Source: Lingula anatina | Lineage: Eukaryota > Animalia > Brachiopoda | Reading direction: 5' to 3' | Length of the DNA: 64,000 nucleotides | Assembly (NCBI GenBank): GCA_051362555.1 | Contig: CM120642.1 | Span: forward strand, 33,728,001 to 33,792,000 | Part shown: positions 14,565 through 27,931 of the stretch, piece by piece | Numbering within the stretch: position 1 is the first letter of the stretch | How the letters are laid out: every line of letters starts with the position of its first letter | Translations under genes and position numbers: made by a program | The notes under the pieces: generated by a model | Seen by the model: only the letters and a program-made list of their open reading frames with translations | Told to the model about the DNA's origin: nothing | Databases searched by the model: none

Positions 14565-16926
14565 TTTTAAGCGCTTATTGTCCCTAAAAACTAATGCTAC
14601 AGTTGTACATGCGCGTGTCGTGCAAATAAAAAAAAACGCGTGGGAAGAATGTGTGCAAAATTCAGGTTTTTATTTCATTTTATTTCGTAAATCTATATCG
14701 GTGCTTTGAGTTTTGCTGTCAACGTTTTTCTCAACACGTTCTATTTAAGTTGTTCACAAAAACTCTAGATATACATGTAGTTCCCGAGAGTACGGGGCAG
14801 GTTAACGGTACACATGTACCTATCTATGGACGATTAATAAATATATTTCTACATTAAGGTCCATGTATACTGGTAACTCGTGCCATTCAAGGACAAGTTA
14901 CATCGGGAGTGAGAAAATATCGTGTTACCTGTCAATAAAGTGCAGGTGTACCCTCACGTCCCGCGTCTGTCGAGGACACGAGTCACCGTCAGATAGAACA
15001 TGTCCTTGATGATCTAGTTTGTATCTTTTGCGTTCCGAAAATTAAATCATTTATTTTTATTCGTTTATCTATTTATTCTTCGTGGTGAAAAAATGCCTTG
15101 ATGTTTTTGTGCGTCTCCCTCAGTGGTTACTAACGGCGTTAGTGTAGGCCTATTTTAGCTTTTTAGAGCGAAAATAGCCTTTTTTTTTTTTTTTTTTTGC
15201 TTTGGGCGATTTTAATTTTTTTGATGTTAAAAGAGAAATAATGAGCGGGTAAAATCTGTTTTTGTTTTCTGTTTGAATGTTTATGGTTGTCATGGTGGAT
15301 TATCTGTCATCTCGCACACTAGTGTAGGTCTGATGTCACGTGACACGACGGCGACACTGTATATGTAACATTTATATAAATAAACGGAAATAAATTTTTG
15401 TTATTTGCTCCTCACATTTGCAGAACATGTTTTCAATAGTAAAACAGGTAAACAGTTGGACACTGTACTTAATCCCCGTCTTTAATTGGCCTTTTGGGAA
15501 GTTTGTTTTAATTTTTTATAAAAACTTATAAGCCCAGGGCTTTGTTTCTATGACTTTGGTCCTTTTACTATCAGTCACCTTAAAACAATCACGTTTTCAG
15601 TGGCGTTACTAATCACATTGAATAAGCAATAAATAGATCTAGTGGTAAGAAACCTGGTTTACTGTAAGATAAAGGTGAGACGCGCAGCTGAGGTATCAGA
15701 CGCTCCTTATCTCAGGTTGGAGTATTATGTGAAGCAGTTCACGGTCTACCCGAGTAGTGTAGTGGTGTCACATACCAAGTCGCCGTCATGAAGTTTCCCA
15801 TCTTCTGCGTGAATAGTGCCCTTCAAGACGATTCAAGCGTTTATTGCCATTGAAAATTAATACTGTTTGATTAAAATATGCGCAAAGAGAATTCAGGGTT
15901 TTATTCATTTTATATCGCAACAAGAAGAGTCTATATTGGTGCTTTCAGTTAAAGGGTTTGTTGGCAACGTTGTATAAAAGTTGTTCACAGTGTCAATATA
16001 GTTCCAATAGACAAGGGAAGGGTGAGCAGTGCACATGTAACTACAGGATGTACATGTATCTGTGGACGATTAATAAATATATTTACACATTAAGGTACAT
16101 GTATACTGGCATGTCGTTCGGTTCAAGGACAGGTAACACCATGAGTGAGAAAATGTCGTGTCACCTGTCTTCAAAGTTTAGGTGTACAATGTAGGCCCTA
16201 CACGTCACGTCCCGCGTCGGTCAAGGACACCAGTCACCGTCAGGTAGAACATCCCCTTGTTGATCTAGTTTGTATCTTTTGCCATCTGAACGTTTAATTA
16301 ATTATTTTTATTCGTTTATTTATTTATTGTCAGGAGTGAGAAAATGTCTTGATGTTTTTGTGTGTCTCTCTAAGTGGTTAGCGACTGTGTAAGCGTATTT
16401 TAACTTTTTAAAGCGAAAATAGTCATTTTTTTTATTGCTTTGAGCGATTTTAATCTTTTTGATGTTAAAAAAGAGAATATGGTACACGAGGTCGCGTAAT
16501 TTTTTTCTGTTTGAATTTTTATGGTTATCATGGTGGATTATATGTCATCTCTCACGCTAGTTTAGGTCTGACGTCACGTGACACAACTGCGCCACTTTAT
16601 ATGTAACATTTATATAAATAAACGGAAATAAATTTTTGTTATTTGCTCCTCACATTTGCAGAAAATGTTTCCAATAGTAAAACAGGCTAACAGTTTAAAA
16701 CTATCACGTTTTCAGTGTCGTTACTAATCAAATCGAATAAGCAATAAATAGATCTAGTGGTAAGAAACCTGGTTTACTGTAAGATAAAGGTGAGACGCGC
16801 AGCTGAGGTATCAGACGCTCCTTATCTCAGGTTGGAGTATTATGTGAAGCAGTTCACGGTCTACCCGAGTAGTGTAGTGGTGTCACATACCAAGTCGCCG
16901 TCATGAAGTTTCCTATCTTCTGCGTG
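14565..16926 (+). repeat. Tandem ~1.2-kb duplication of the gene A promoter and start of exon 1
   Basis: ~14565-15811 aligns with ~15832-16926. Both copies end in gccgtcATGAAGTTTCC(C/T)ATCTTCTGCGTG. Copy 2 lacks ~130 bp present in copy 1. Confidence 0.9.
15788..15811 (+). pseudogene. Truncated duplicate of gene A signal-peptide exon
   Basis: ATG AAG TTT CCC ATC TTC TGC GTG, then diverges. The rest of the signal peptide and the gtaagt donor of the 16903 copy are missing. Confidence 0.75.
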
Positions 16927-19900
16927 GGCTTCTTGCTAGTTTTGAGCAAAGTAAGTTTTTTCTGTTAAATGTGGTTTATTCTTAACATAATATGGACATC
17001 ACATTCGTCTTATTAGATCATAGTAAATGTGACTGATTTGTTAACTTTTGAGCCGTATATATTGTACGTGTAAGACCAAGCATTAGTTAAAACTTTAAGT
17101 TAAAAACGTTCAAAACAATCACCAACCTTATATTCTGGAGGAAATATTCTCAGGTCGCCGACGGTCGCCCCCCTTCCCTGTACAGCCAGCGTACGGAGAG
17201 AGCCTCTGGAGGTAGCTATATATAGTATACAAAATACAGAGGGGTGACACACGTGGTCCACCATTTTGCTTTAAAGTGAACAACCGCTGGATGTGTTAGG
17301 TTTTGTGATTAGTATTTTGTTGAAAACTGGTTATGTCAAGTTAGTGTCTTTACTACAGGTTTATAGACCAGTGATTTGTCCTAGCATGAAAATTTGTCAC
17401 TGGCAATTAACCGCGAATCACTTTTTACGAACGGGTCACCCAGTTCACATAGCGCACTATTCACACAGGTTGTGCAATGCATTTGTCACCCCTCTGTACT
17501 TGTTGATTGATGTTTTAACTTGCTGTACGTTTGGAGTTCAAGGAGTAGGCATAATTGAAAAGACCTAATTAAAAAAAATGCAATTTTTGTCATAATTTAT
17601 TTTCCAAAAATGAATAAAACAGATGGTCACAGGTGTAAGGAAGTCGATATTGCAGGCCTATTTTCCTGCAAGATAAGTAAGAGTTTTTTTGTATGTGTGT
17701 CTGTCTGCTTTTTGAGACGTGTATTTTATTCAGTTTTATATACAGTACTTTATATTCTGAGCACCTATGTTCTGTTGTGAAAGTTGTCAAAGCCGAACTA
17801 AAAGAGTGGTTCTTTTATCCCTCTGGACCTTCTTCTTTATAAAGCGTTCCCGAAGATACATTACGGGTGAGAAATTGGTGTCAACGCATAAGTCTTTCTG
17901 AAGACTAGATTACATTTGGCACGGACGCTACACGATGAAATCGTATATGATTTTCTGCGCGTGTCATGCATTTAAGCTGGTTGCACTTAGCGGGAGTCCC
18001 CTCAGAGTTGGATCGATCCATGAAGTTTATGGGAATGGGGCCCAAAAATTCAAGTCCCTGAGTTGAGTAGTGTACAGTGAACGACGCTCGCCTCCATGGC
18101 CGCATGCACAACCCAAGTTGATCCGTGGACTAACAGATCCGCGAGTCAAATATGGCCGACCCACTTAAAAGATTACCACGTAATCCCGCAGGGAATCTAT
18201 TCACTGTCTATTAAGGGATTATGTGCCCAGCTTTCGAATGGGTGGGCCGTATTTGATCCGCGGATCTGTTAGTCCTCGGATCAAATTGCTCTGAAGGCGC
18301 CCTATGACTGGCATACACCACCGTAAACGTTACTGAGACTGTCAAAAGACACATTCCGAGTGTAGAACAAATTGGTATTTCAGGTATCCCCGGGTATCTT
18401 GGTTGTTATGAAGACAAAGGCGACGATGACACGATGTTTGAAGAAGACTCAGAGTGGGAGGACGACAAAATGACCGTTACAAAGTAGGTGTGCGTGCGTG
18501 CGTGCGTGCGCGTGTGTGTGTGCATTTTATTATTATTATTTTGTCATCATTTTGAGCGAAAAGAAAATATGGTTTTAAATTTAAATTGTTAAATTTGAAT
18601 TATTGTCCATATGCATCAGTAAATTATCCATAAGAAATGTTTTACATCACAGATGTAATCACCTCATAGATGTTGAATGATTACGCTGAAACCAAACAAT
18701 TAAAGTAAATAACAAAAAGTAACAATATCCTCATGTATCCAGCGGGGCTACAAAATATATACTTACATTCTTACATATAGATCAGATCAACATCTTTAAC
18801 AGATAAAAACTCATAGGACATGAGACCAAACCATCTGTTACATACCCCATTGTACGTACAGTGACCAGTGCGTCTATTGCCTTTAACGTTTATCTTCTTT
18901 TACCCACGTGACACCCGGTTCATCCACTTTTGCCAAACGGTAAGAAGCCCCACTTTCAGGTGGTTTCAGACACAACGCTCTCTATTAGTATAAGAATATC
19001 CCAACACGCTTACCTGAATTTCAGCGACGCCAATCAAGGGCCAGGCAACCACACCACAATAGTATACATGTCTATATACGGTACAATAAATTACGGAAAA
19101 CCAAATGCGCACTTGTGATTGGTGCTGCGAACTTTATTCACACATCCCGCTAGTGCTGAAATAAGACTAAGGACAGTTACTAATATCAACATCATTAATA
19201 TTTATACCCCATCAGGTGCATTCAGTATTGTCAGAAGGAAGGTTATGTCCTCGCAGCACTGAAGGACGGAGACACGTGCTACTGTGGCCGAGCCGACGCC
19301 AACTACAAGAAATACGGTACCAAGAAATGTAAAACCAAATGCGCAGGAGACGATGCGCAGATCTGTGGAGAGGAAGATGAGGTGTCAGTTTATAACGGTG
19401 AGTGGGGCGACGTCATTCGGAAAGGCAACCTACACTACTCCCTGCACTTGCATTTTGTTACGGTATCTTATGCTTTCCGTCAACTGATTATTGGATTTTC
19501 CTAGTGAAGGCAGTGAAGAATAACAAATAGATTTATCAATTGTTTTTTGGGTTGTACTGTAAAGCAATTTCTTACAGACTATCAGTTTACGTTTGGATAT
19601 CAAAGATATACATTTAGGATTCTTAGAACTTCTAGGGACCTGAAGAAACCATTCTTCTACAGTGATGAAGTTTCTTGCATATATAAAAACTGGTTTAAGT
19701 TTCACCTTTTATTTTATCGCGTTAATTGTTTACAGTGTCAGCAACAGTGGCGACCTCTGGCGCACTTGCAGGTACGTTTATATGTTCATGGGTTTTTTTC
19801 AAAAAGATTATTTGTATCATAAATGACATTTTAAATAATAACCAGATTTTGGCTGTAAAAGAACATTAATCCCGCGGAAAGTTCAGAATGCCGGCGGCCT

Positions 19901-21956
19901 AAATGAAGACTTAAACTATCAAAAATAGAGCATACAAAGTTAAAGTGCAGCCACGACTTAACAAAGAAAAGCGGTAATTTTCATCTCAATGTACATAGAA
20001 ATAATGGGCACATGGAGTTTCTGAGGGTTTTTTTTTTTTTTAATTCAGCTTCCCGTTTTTATTTAGGAATTAAGTTGCAATTTAAATTTTACTCGATTTG
20101 AATGCATTGCATTTAGTTTTGACGATATTCCATCGTATTGTTTTTAAACAAATACTGAAAATTTAAGGCTGCCGAAGCACGCTTTGCCATTTTTATAAGT
20201 GAGTTTATAAGTGAGTAAAGAGAATTTATAAGTGAGTAAACAGGCCTTCCCAACTACCAGACTCGGCACCTACGGGTCCAGTATAAACCGGTTTATCAGA
20301 CCACACTACCCGCTTTCAAGGTGTGTGTCAGATCGCATTACAGAGTATCAGCCACCACACCGATTTTGCCTGGTGCGCGATGTGATAGCAATGATCCTAA
20401 GCGGGGTTGGAAAGTAGTGCATCTCATCTAGATTCATGCGCTGCTGCAATTTTCTCTGTTTATGCTCAAATCTGACAGTACCGCAATTTTTAACATAAAA
20501 TTTAGGTTCGGACATAGCCATTGATGTTTTGTAAATAAGAACTTGCAAACTTATATATTAATTTAGAAAAGTAGGCCTATACCTAATTTTGATAGCAGAA
20601 GCATATTCTGTCGGGGGTTAAATATTTTTGTGACTACCGGGATGGACGAGATTGAGGGCAGGGGTAATCCTAGAGAGGGGTGAGAAACGTCCATTGTTCT
20701 CGTCAGCGAGGCTGTCCTTTTTCAGGGTTTGTACGCACGGACAGAAAACTTAAGTATTGTGGGAACGTTACTAATGAAGCCACTGGTAGTACTAGTAGAT
20801 ATCAGCCTGTAGTCTTGAACAAGCGCCTCGATGACGAGTGAACAGTTGTGAAAAACAAAAGACCCAGGTGTGGTAGTTCAACTACTGTTGATGCGTGCCG
20901 CAACGACCAAACCTAATTGCTCCTCAAGGTCACAAAACAATAACCGGTACTGACGGCTAGGCTCGTCTTAATCATATAAGTAGCTCGTTTCCACCCCCTG
21001 GCCCCCGTTTCACAAAGAATCTTAAATCCGTAGACGTCTTACTCGAGCTGGGTGGCCTAGCTAGGTCGACTTAGCTGAAGTCGACTTGGAGTGTTTCACA
21101 AAGAATCTAACGTCTTAGCTTGGCGTGCTTACCGTAGTCGACGCGCACGAGAAACTTTTCAAGAAAAGGAGGTGTAAAATTGCAAAAGTTTCACAAGACA
21201 TGACGTTTCATGGCCTCTTTCGGCCGAGAACGATCGTTTATCAAAGATAAAAGTCAGCCAAAACACAAACAAAGTTTGTTTTTGAACTTTATTGATTAGT
21301 TTAACTTCAATACAACTTCAAAGCAACAGTTAAACATTAGCTTGTCGTGGAACACTACTGAGGGACGTCTAGCAGTCAAAAACATAAACAAACACGCGAT
21401 CGGCTGGGTAAAGTGGAATTTTATTTTTTATTTCAATATTCCATAAATGTCAGTACTATTCAAGGATATTATAACACAATATCTTGAAGGAGGTATGTTC
21501 TTTCCAAATTTTTGTTGTTTATGCTCTCATTTACCGAGTTTTAGTTGAGCTTGCCGACTTAAGTCTCCTCCCGAGGAGGCTTGACATCGTCGACTTACAG
21601 CTAAGAAAAAAACGACGTAAGCGACCTTTTAGATTCTTTGTGAAACGGGACTTAGTGACGTAACGACTTAATTACGTTGGTAACCAAGCCCTAAGTCAGG
21701 GAAACCGACTTAAGTTTTTTTTGTGAAACGGGGGCCTGATTGAGGGAGTCGTCTGTTGTATTCATGTGACTCCTACTTGACAAAAACGAGGCGCGATACC
21801 CGGATGACAGGTAGGCTTACAGAATTTGTGATAGGGTATGATACTCTTTTATGCGATCTGACACACACCTTGAAAACGGGTAGTGTGGTCAGATATACCG
21901 GTTTATTCTGGACCCGTAGGTGCCGAGTCTGGTAGTTGGGAAGGCCTGGTAAAGAA

Positions 21957-21988
<32 letters not shown>

Positions 21989-23721
21989 CACAAAGAGTGT
22001 CCCAAGATCCCTTCCATACCAAACGGCGAGATCAAGCAGGGTATGGTTCTGGCTGACGGCGCCATGATAACGTTCAGGTGTAATGACGGCCACAGGCTGT
22101 GTGGGCCTAGGTCACTCACCTGTGTCACACCACCTATGGGGAAGCCTGTCTGGGACCAAGCCTTACCTACATGTGAACGTATGTACTTCCTTGATGGAGT
22201 GGTCATCTGCATTTTATCACATTCTTTTTGTATGAATCAATTGACGTGATGTGGTTTCTTGAAAATGAAAATACGTTTATATGACATGTTCATAGATAAC
22301 GAATATTCCTTTCTATGTAAAAAAGGGAAAAACTGATGGTAAAGGGATTATATTTTTACAATTCTATCACACACAAATTAAGTTCAGCCAAATAACCATT
22401 ACAGAATGATAGGATAATGTACAGTTTGTATTTTCCGATATGTATGTATTACTAAGAGTTGGAGGGGGGAGGGCTTGCAAAATCACATTTCAGTTAAACA
22501 AATACAACAAAATATTTTTTATAAAAAGCAGACAGTTTCTTACCCTGATAAAATAAAGGACATCACTTAAGATTAAAATATTCAATTTCAATTTCAAAAT
22601 TTCCCCTCCAGGAATTCCCGGCTATGTTGGCTGTTTTGACAATGAGGACACTGAGCCGTTCTTGTTTGATCTGAACACTGAGTGGAGTGATGACGCCATG
22701 ACAGTGGAGAAATGTATCTCAAGGTGTTCCACAGAAGGTTTCAGCTTTGCAGGTACACCAACAAATTTCATTCTTTAACAGCACTTTCAAGACAGGTTTT
22801 ATTTATATACATCTTGTGCCCATTGCAAGAATTAGACGAGGAAACCATAGTGGTGTAGATATTCTTCATTTTGGAATTATTTTGAAAATGTATATAGGCC
22901 TAAACATGAGTGACGGTAATTAGTATATTTTGGCTCCATTTTTGAGTAAAGATGAGATAATCAAAAATACCAGCACAGTTGCTAGTTGGGATTCGATAAA
23001 AAAACTGTCTACGCATCCCTTTGCAGCTGTTTTTCGAGAAAATGAAATCTATTCATTTTTATTCAAGTTAAAAAATGACAAATGTTTCTGTAGGTCTTAT
23101 GGACGGAGACGAGTGTTACTGCGCCAAGACCGGTCTCAATTTCACGGCATATGGTCGTAAGCGGTGTGAGGACAGGTGTGAGGGAGACGCTACCCAGGTG
23201 TGTGGAGAGGACGACGACCAGGTGTCCGTTTATGACGGTATGTTGGTTTTCAATTTTCCAGGTGTAATATCCCTATTTTAATACTTAAAACTATCAATAA
23301 TATATTGCAGTTTTTCGATAGGTTATGAATTTGAAATATTTATCATGTATAGTCATCAAAATGCCAAGACAATGAAATAAGCTTTGGATAGTTAAGTCAG
23401 ATTTTCTTACATGAACCTCATAAAATTTAGTCCTGTGAACTCCGTAGTCAGTTAATCAACATCACATCAAGACAAAAACGCAGGTTGACAGGAATATAGT
23501 ACTTTAGTACGTACATATGTACAGTTCATGTGCAAGATCAGATAACATATTTTATGGTAATGGTAAGTCTTATGTTTTCTTTGACCATGCACTGGTTTAC
23601 GACCGTTTTATATCATAATTGCACAATTATAACTTGAATTTCTTCTGATTGTTATATTGTAGTGGTTTGGTACAACATGGTGTCCAATGCTGGTAACGGA
23701 ACGGTCCCTGTCATTGGTTGA
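16903..23721 (+). CDS. Gene A: secreted WSC-Sushi-WSC protein (~309 aa, acidic WSC domains)
   Basis: Exons 16903-16950, 17154-17190, 18384-18483, 19216-19397, 19736-19771, 21996-22178, 22612-22752, 23094-23237, 23663-23721; all GT-AG and in frame. Signal peptide MKFPIFCVGFLLVLSKVADG. WSC motifs YLGCY..MT..KC...C...CYCG...C...C.GD..QICG....SVY. Sushi C-P..PNG..F.C..G..L.G...LTC...W....P.C. Ends VPVIG*. Confidence 0.85.
18118..18284. mobile_element. Palindromic MITE-like element (same family as 33346-33462)
   Basis: ttgatccgtggactaacagatccgcgagtcaaatatggcc... is inverted against ...ggccgtatttgatccgcggatctgttagtcctcggatcaa. Confidence 0.65.
20241..21948. mobile_element. Non-autonomous DNA transposon with long TIRs and a 5-bp TSD (hAT5-like)
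   Basis: Termini CAGGCCTTCCCAACTACCAGACTCGGCACCTACGGGTCCAG / CTGGACCCGTAGGTGCCGAGTCTGGTAGTTGGGAAGGCCTG. Inverted similarity extends >100 bp. GTAAA is duplicated at 20236-20240 and 21949-21953. Superfamily assignment is inference. Confidence 0.8.
21001..21735. mobile_element. PIF/Harbinger-like non-autonomous element nested in the previous element
   Basis: Perfect 16-bp TIR GCCCCCGTTTCACAAA / TTTGTGAAACGGGGGC. CTG TSD at 20998-21000 and 21736-21738. Internal subterminal gtttcacaaagaatct repeats. Confidence 0.82.
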
Positions 23722-23808
23722 TAATGAAACGGAACCCCTCATTGGTTGATAATGAAACGGAACCCCTCATTGGTTGATAATGAAACTGAACTCCTCATTG
23801 GTTGATAA
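23712..23808 (+). repeat. 28-bp tandem repeat (~3.5 copies) containing the gene A stop codon
   Basis: Unit cattggttgataatgaaacggaacccct; the first copy encodes ...IG*. Confidence 0.9.
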
Positions 23809-24175
23809 CGCAGAAATAACCACCATAGCTATCGTAGTAACGTAGTAACTAATTGATGTTGGAATTCCAAATGACGCATGGTTTTTCTGGTTGTTATTTT
23901 GTAACGGAGCAATAATTAGGCACTTATGTGAATAAAATGAAAAAAAAATGCTTTTCATTGCATTTGTTTTCCTTCTTTGCCAGTTATGACAAATGTGGAA
24001 GAAATTTGATATAAGCAGTGCAAGAAGGGATGTCCATCGGACAGAAATGCGGCAATATGTTACCCGTGCTAAAACAACGTTTGCGATTACAAATACTAGA
24101 TATGAAATTAATAAAATGAGACCGGTCTTCACTGGTGTACACAGGTTATCAATAAAGGTGGGAAAAACTTCTGTT

Positions 24176-24350
24176 GCCGGTGTAACGAAACTGAGGGTCC
24201 GTGTAACAGAAAGTCCGCCCTCCATATTTGGTTTAATGGTTAGGGTTAGCCTGACCTAATTGGGTCAACATCTAGGGCGAGGCTCACCTGTGCAAATGAA
24301 TGGGAAGCAGACTCTCTGTTATGGGGGATTCTCTGTCACGTTACACCGGC
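24176..24350. mobile_element. Short MITE-like element
   Basis: TIR gccggtgtaacg / cgttacaccggc, an internal ggttagggttag, and TT on both flanks. Confidence 0.65.
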
Positions 24351-24748
24351 TTTTGTTTCCACCCCCATCCCCCTCCCACCGCCGCCGATAATACATGTAC
24401 TAGAGGTATATGAAATATAGTTCTGTGGACCTCAGAATATTTCCCCTCTTCAGGTAGTGAGTGTTTCACTAAGACAAAGAACATGCCACCCTTTGAATAT
24501 GATTACAGTTTTCTTTTTTATCCAGAACGAAATTATACATTTCAATAATCCGTGAGTTAAGTTTACGATGCTGGCATCATAGGAAGAAGAGAAATAAAAA
24601 ACGACACATTTCAAATCAATAACTCTTACAAAACCTTTTATTCAGTCGGATACCTTGCTTACAGCCCAATTCTGTCAATTCTCAAACCATACTACTGGTG
24701 CCAATGGCCTATCATATCATTTATATGTCTAGCTTATGGCATCCCTGT

Positions 24749-27700
24749 CTAACCAATCAGGGAACCCATTCCCGGATCAACGATTTCGCCGGATCCCTCA
24801 CCGGATCCAGGCTCCTCCGTGCTAGAAATGAGAGAGGGAGTTGGCGCTTTGGGGGTTGGGGTGGCTTTAGCTGTTGTTTGCTTCATTGGTTCTGGAGTTG
24901 GCTTCTCGGTAGTGGGCGCTGGTGTTGTTGGGGCAATCGTTGTTACCTTCACGTTCACTGCAAATGTTTAAATACAGATTATAAATTAGTAACAAAGTGT
25001 TATATGAATTTTGGACAAAAAAGGAGTTGTGCTTGTGTAGCAAATGTGTGCCACGGCTTGTGAACCGTTTCCAGTAGTTTCTGTTAATGTTGTTTCGAAA
25101 TAACAAAATATAATAGTCCGGGTTTCGTTCCCTGTTTTGATTCTTTAAAAAATGCAATCCTTCTGCGCTTTTCTTTAAAGACCTTTATTTATAACTTACG
25201 CTGGTAGATGGAGAGTTTCTTGTAGTCTCCGCAGATCTGGGTGCTGTTGCCCTTACACTTGTCATTGCAGACGGAGGCAGCCCCGGCGTCATACAGAAGC
25301 TCGTTATTACCACAGTGGCAGATGTTGCCGTACTCCAGGGCTGACATTAATAGAAAAAAAAACTTATTTATATATCTGTAAAAAGCATGAACTCTTGCCA
25401 CCAATTAGGCTGTTGTTTTTAGTATTTGAGTTTTGTATTTCCAAGTTTCCTCCAATGTTCGCGAAGAACGTGCTCTATACAGGTACGACATATCTCCTTT
25501 CCTTTCCAAGGAAACACTGCCAGAGTCAACACTTTCTTCAAGCTGTGCCTCGTGAATTACAATTATACAGATATTTCTTTCATTTCAGACATACGCTTGA
25601 AACCTTCGTACAAGCACGCGTATCTGTTCACAATAATTACTTCGTGTCTCTCTACTAATGGACATGTTAGTGAATACAATTTTCTTTGCACAAATCAACT
25701 CTTGTAAACGCAGTGAATTCACAAACTCTAGACGACCCGTTTCACGGAGATATTTGACATATTCATGGACGGCAAGTTTCAGCACGTCTTTTTACCTGCA
25801 TAATTGTATTCCAGTCCTTTACAGTGTTTGATACACTTGGTGGCAGTCATGAAGTCTGTCGTCCACACTGTGGAGGGATCAAACTTCATCTCTGGGTATC
25901 GTTCTCTGAAGCAGCCCAGGTACCCTGGGATTACTGAATTAGAAAAACATAAACAATGAATGCGTGAATAGGTTATGCCAATGCTCAGGTTCTATGGCGA
26001 AAGTGAAACCTTTTAATTCAAACAAGATACCCTCATTTAAAGCATACCCTTAAAGATAACTTTCAACTATTGAGAACACTATAAATATATGATTTAACTG
26101 TCTGTCACGTGACAGGGTACCTTCGCAGACAGGAGCGGGTCTGTTCCACGTGGGGTCGGTCTGGTCATCTTTCTGGACACAGGTCAGTCTAGAATAGCCC
26201 AGGCGGACGGTCCCGTCATTGCAGGTCACGCTGACAGCGCCCTCTGGGAAAGTCAGGTTGTTTACGGAAGAGCTGCCATAGACGATTCTGCCATTAGGAA
26301 TGTTCAGCTTGGGACACGTGATCTCTGGAAGACGATGACGTCATGATATTAATGAAGTTGTACATTTTATATCAGACATAAGGTTTTTAAAAATGTCATG
26401 TAAGGGCGTTTTCAACATGTGTATTACGTTTGACCAAAAAGTACAACCTGGTCAAAAAAGTACAAAAATTAATTCACGAAGTATAATTGTTTTCATTTCT
26501 ACCATATCACAAATTTCCAATGATTATACTTACTTGTCAATCCAGTGAATGAAGACATGGTTACTGAAAAATATGAATTTTTTATATGCATTTTGAACGA
26601 GTAATACATCAGTTTAATATTTCAATATCGATAGATTTCAACATGCACGAATACTACATGAGTTTACATATGTCTTGGATGTGCTTTTAAGTTTAGACTG
26701 GATATGTTTTATACAACTGCTGTTTGGAAACCGATGTACTACACCACATTTCAGCTTTACTACTGTTCGAAACCTGATATTGTAGTTCTGTATACTGGCC
26801 TGGGTTTCGGAACACACTGTCTGTAACTTATTTCTACTACTATACACACAAATTGCCGTTCTGCACTAGAAATACTAGGTTGATAACAGAGATGAGTTCA
26901 CAGTAAAGTGTGATATTGTGGGTGAGCAAGGAACCGACACACTGCATAGATATGATAAAAATAAGCATGCTCAGTTGTCAATACCTATGCTCTTAATTTG
27001 AATTGTGAAATCCTAGTTCAAGTGTTAATATTTCACATTTACCGTCATACACCGACACGACATTATAATCTCCCCCACAGTACTGGTCTCTGTCTCCATA
27101 GCAGGTGGTCCTGCAGTACCGAGCACCCTTCAATGGAGCGCCGTTCACGGTGAGATTCAGTGACTTAATCCCGCAGTAACAGTAGCGGCCAACCTTCAAA
27201 CCAGCCAGCTCAAAACCAGACTCTTTGCAGAAAGCGAGGCACCTAGAAGATGGAAATGATGCTTAGCTGTGACTAACGGACGTGTATTAGGTGAACCTTT
27301 CTGATTTTATTATGTGAGACGATGCTTTAAAGAAATTGCACACCGACATCTTACTATATATGCAAATACTGATGGGAAAACTTGCTATTGGCAAATTTTT
27401 GCAACACTAAATTGAGGTAGGTAGGTATTCAAGCGTTATGTAATATTCAAAATTTCTCAAAATACTGAATTTTCTTTTTTTTTAAGTATATACATATACT
27501 TTTCTAAATCAAAATGTTTAGAGAGCAAAATACATGTGATGACTTGCTTTGTGGTGGTCATTTCGTAGTCCCTCCATCTGTTCTTGCTGCTAAAGATGTT
27601 CACCAGATTGTTGCTATAGTAACCGTCTCTAAAGCAACCCAAATATCCAGGGATAGCTGCAATGGTAAACGCCCTTCATGTTCATAAAAATAAGAGATTT

Positions 27701-27891
27701 ACGAAAACGTGCCCAAATAAATTAATATTGCACAATATATCGTAAAGGGGTAGTATCGAATTAGGCCGTTAGGAAGAATCTAAGAGCAGGAAGCAAAATG
27801 TCTTCACACGATCGTTACGCAGCACTCCTTACCTGTCGTTAGCAGAATACACTACCTAGTATCTTATATATACCTAACCTTATACCTACCG

Positions 27892-27931
<40 letters not shown>

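Noticed and set aside
24238-24250. ggttagggttag as an interstitial telomere
   Set aside because: Only two units, and internal to a MITE.
23767-24259. Overlapping 152-aa and 88-aa ORFs
   Set aside because: They span the gene A 3'UTR repeat and a MITE; no protein-like features.
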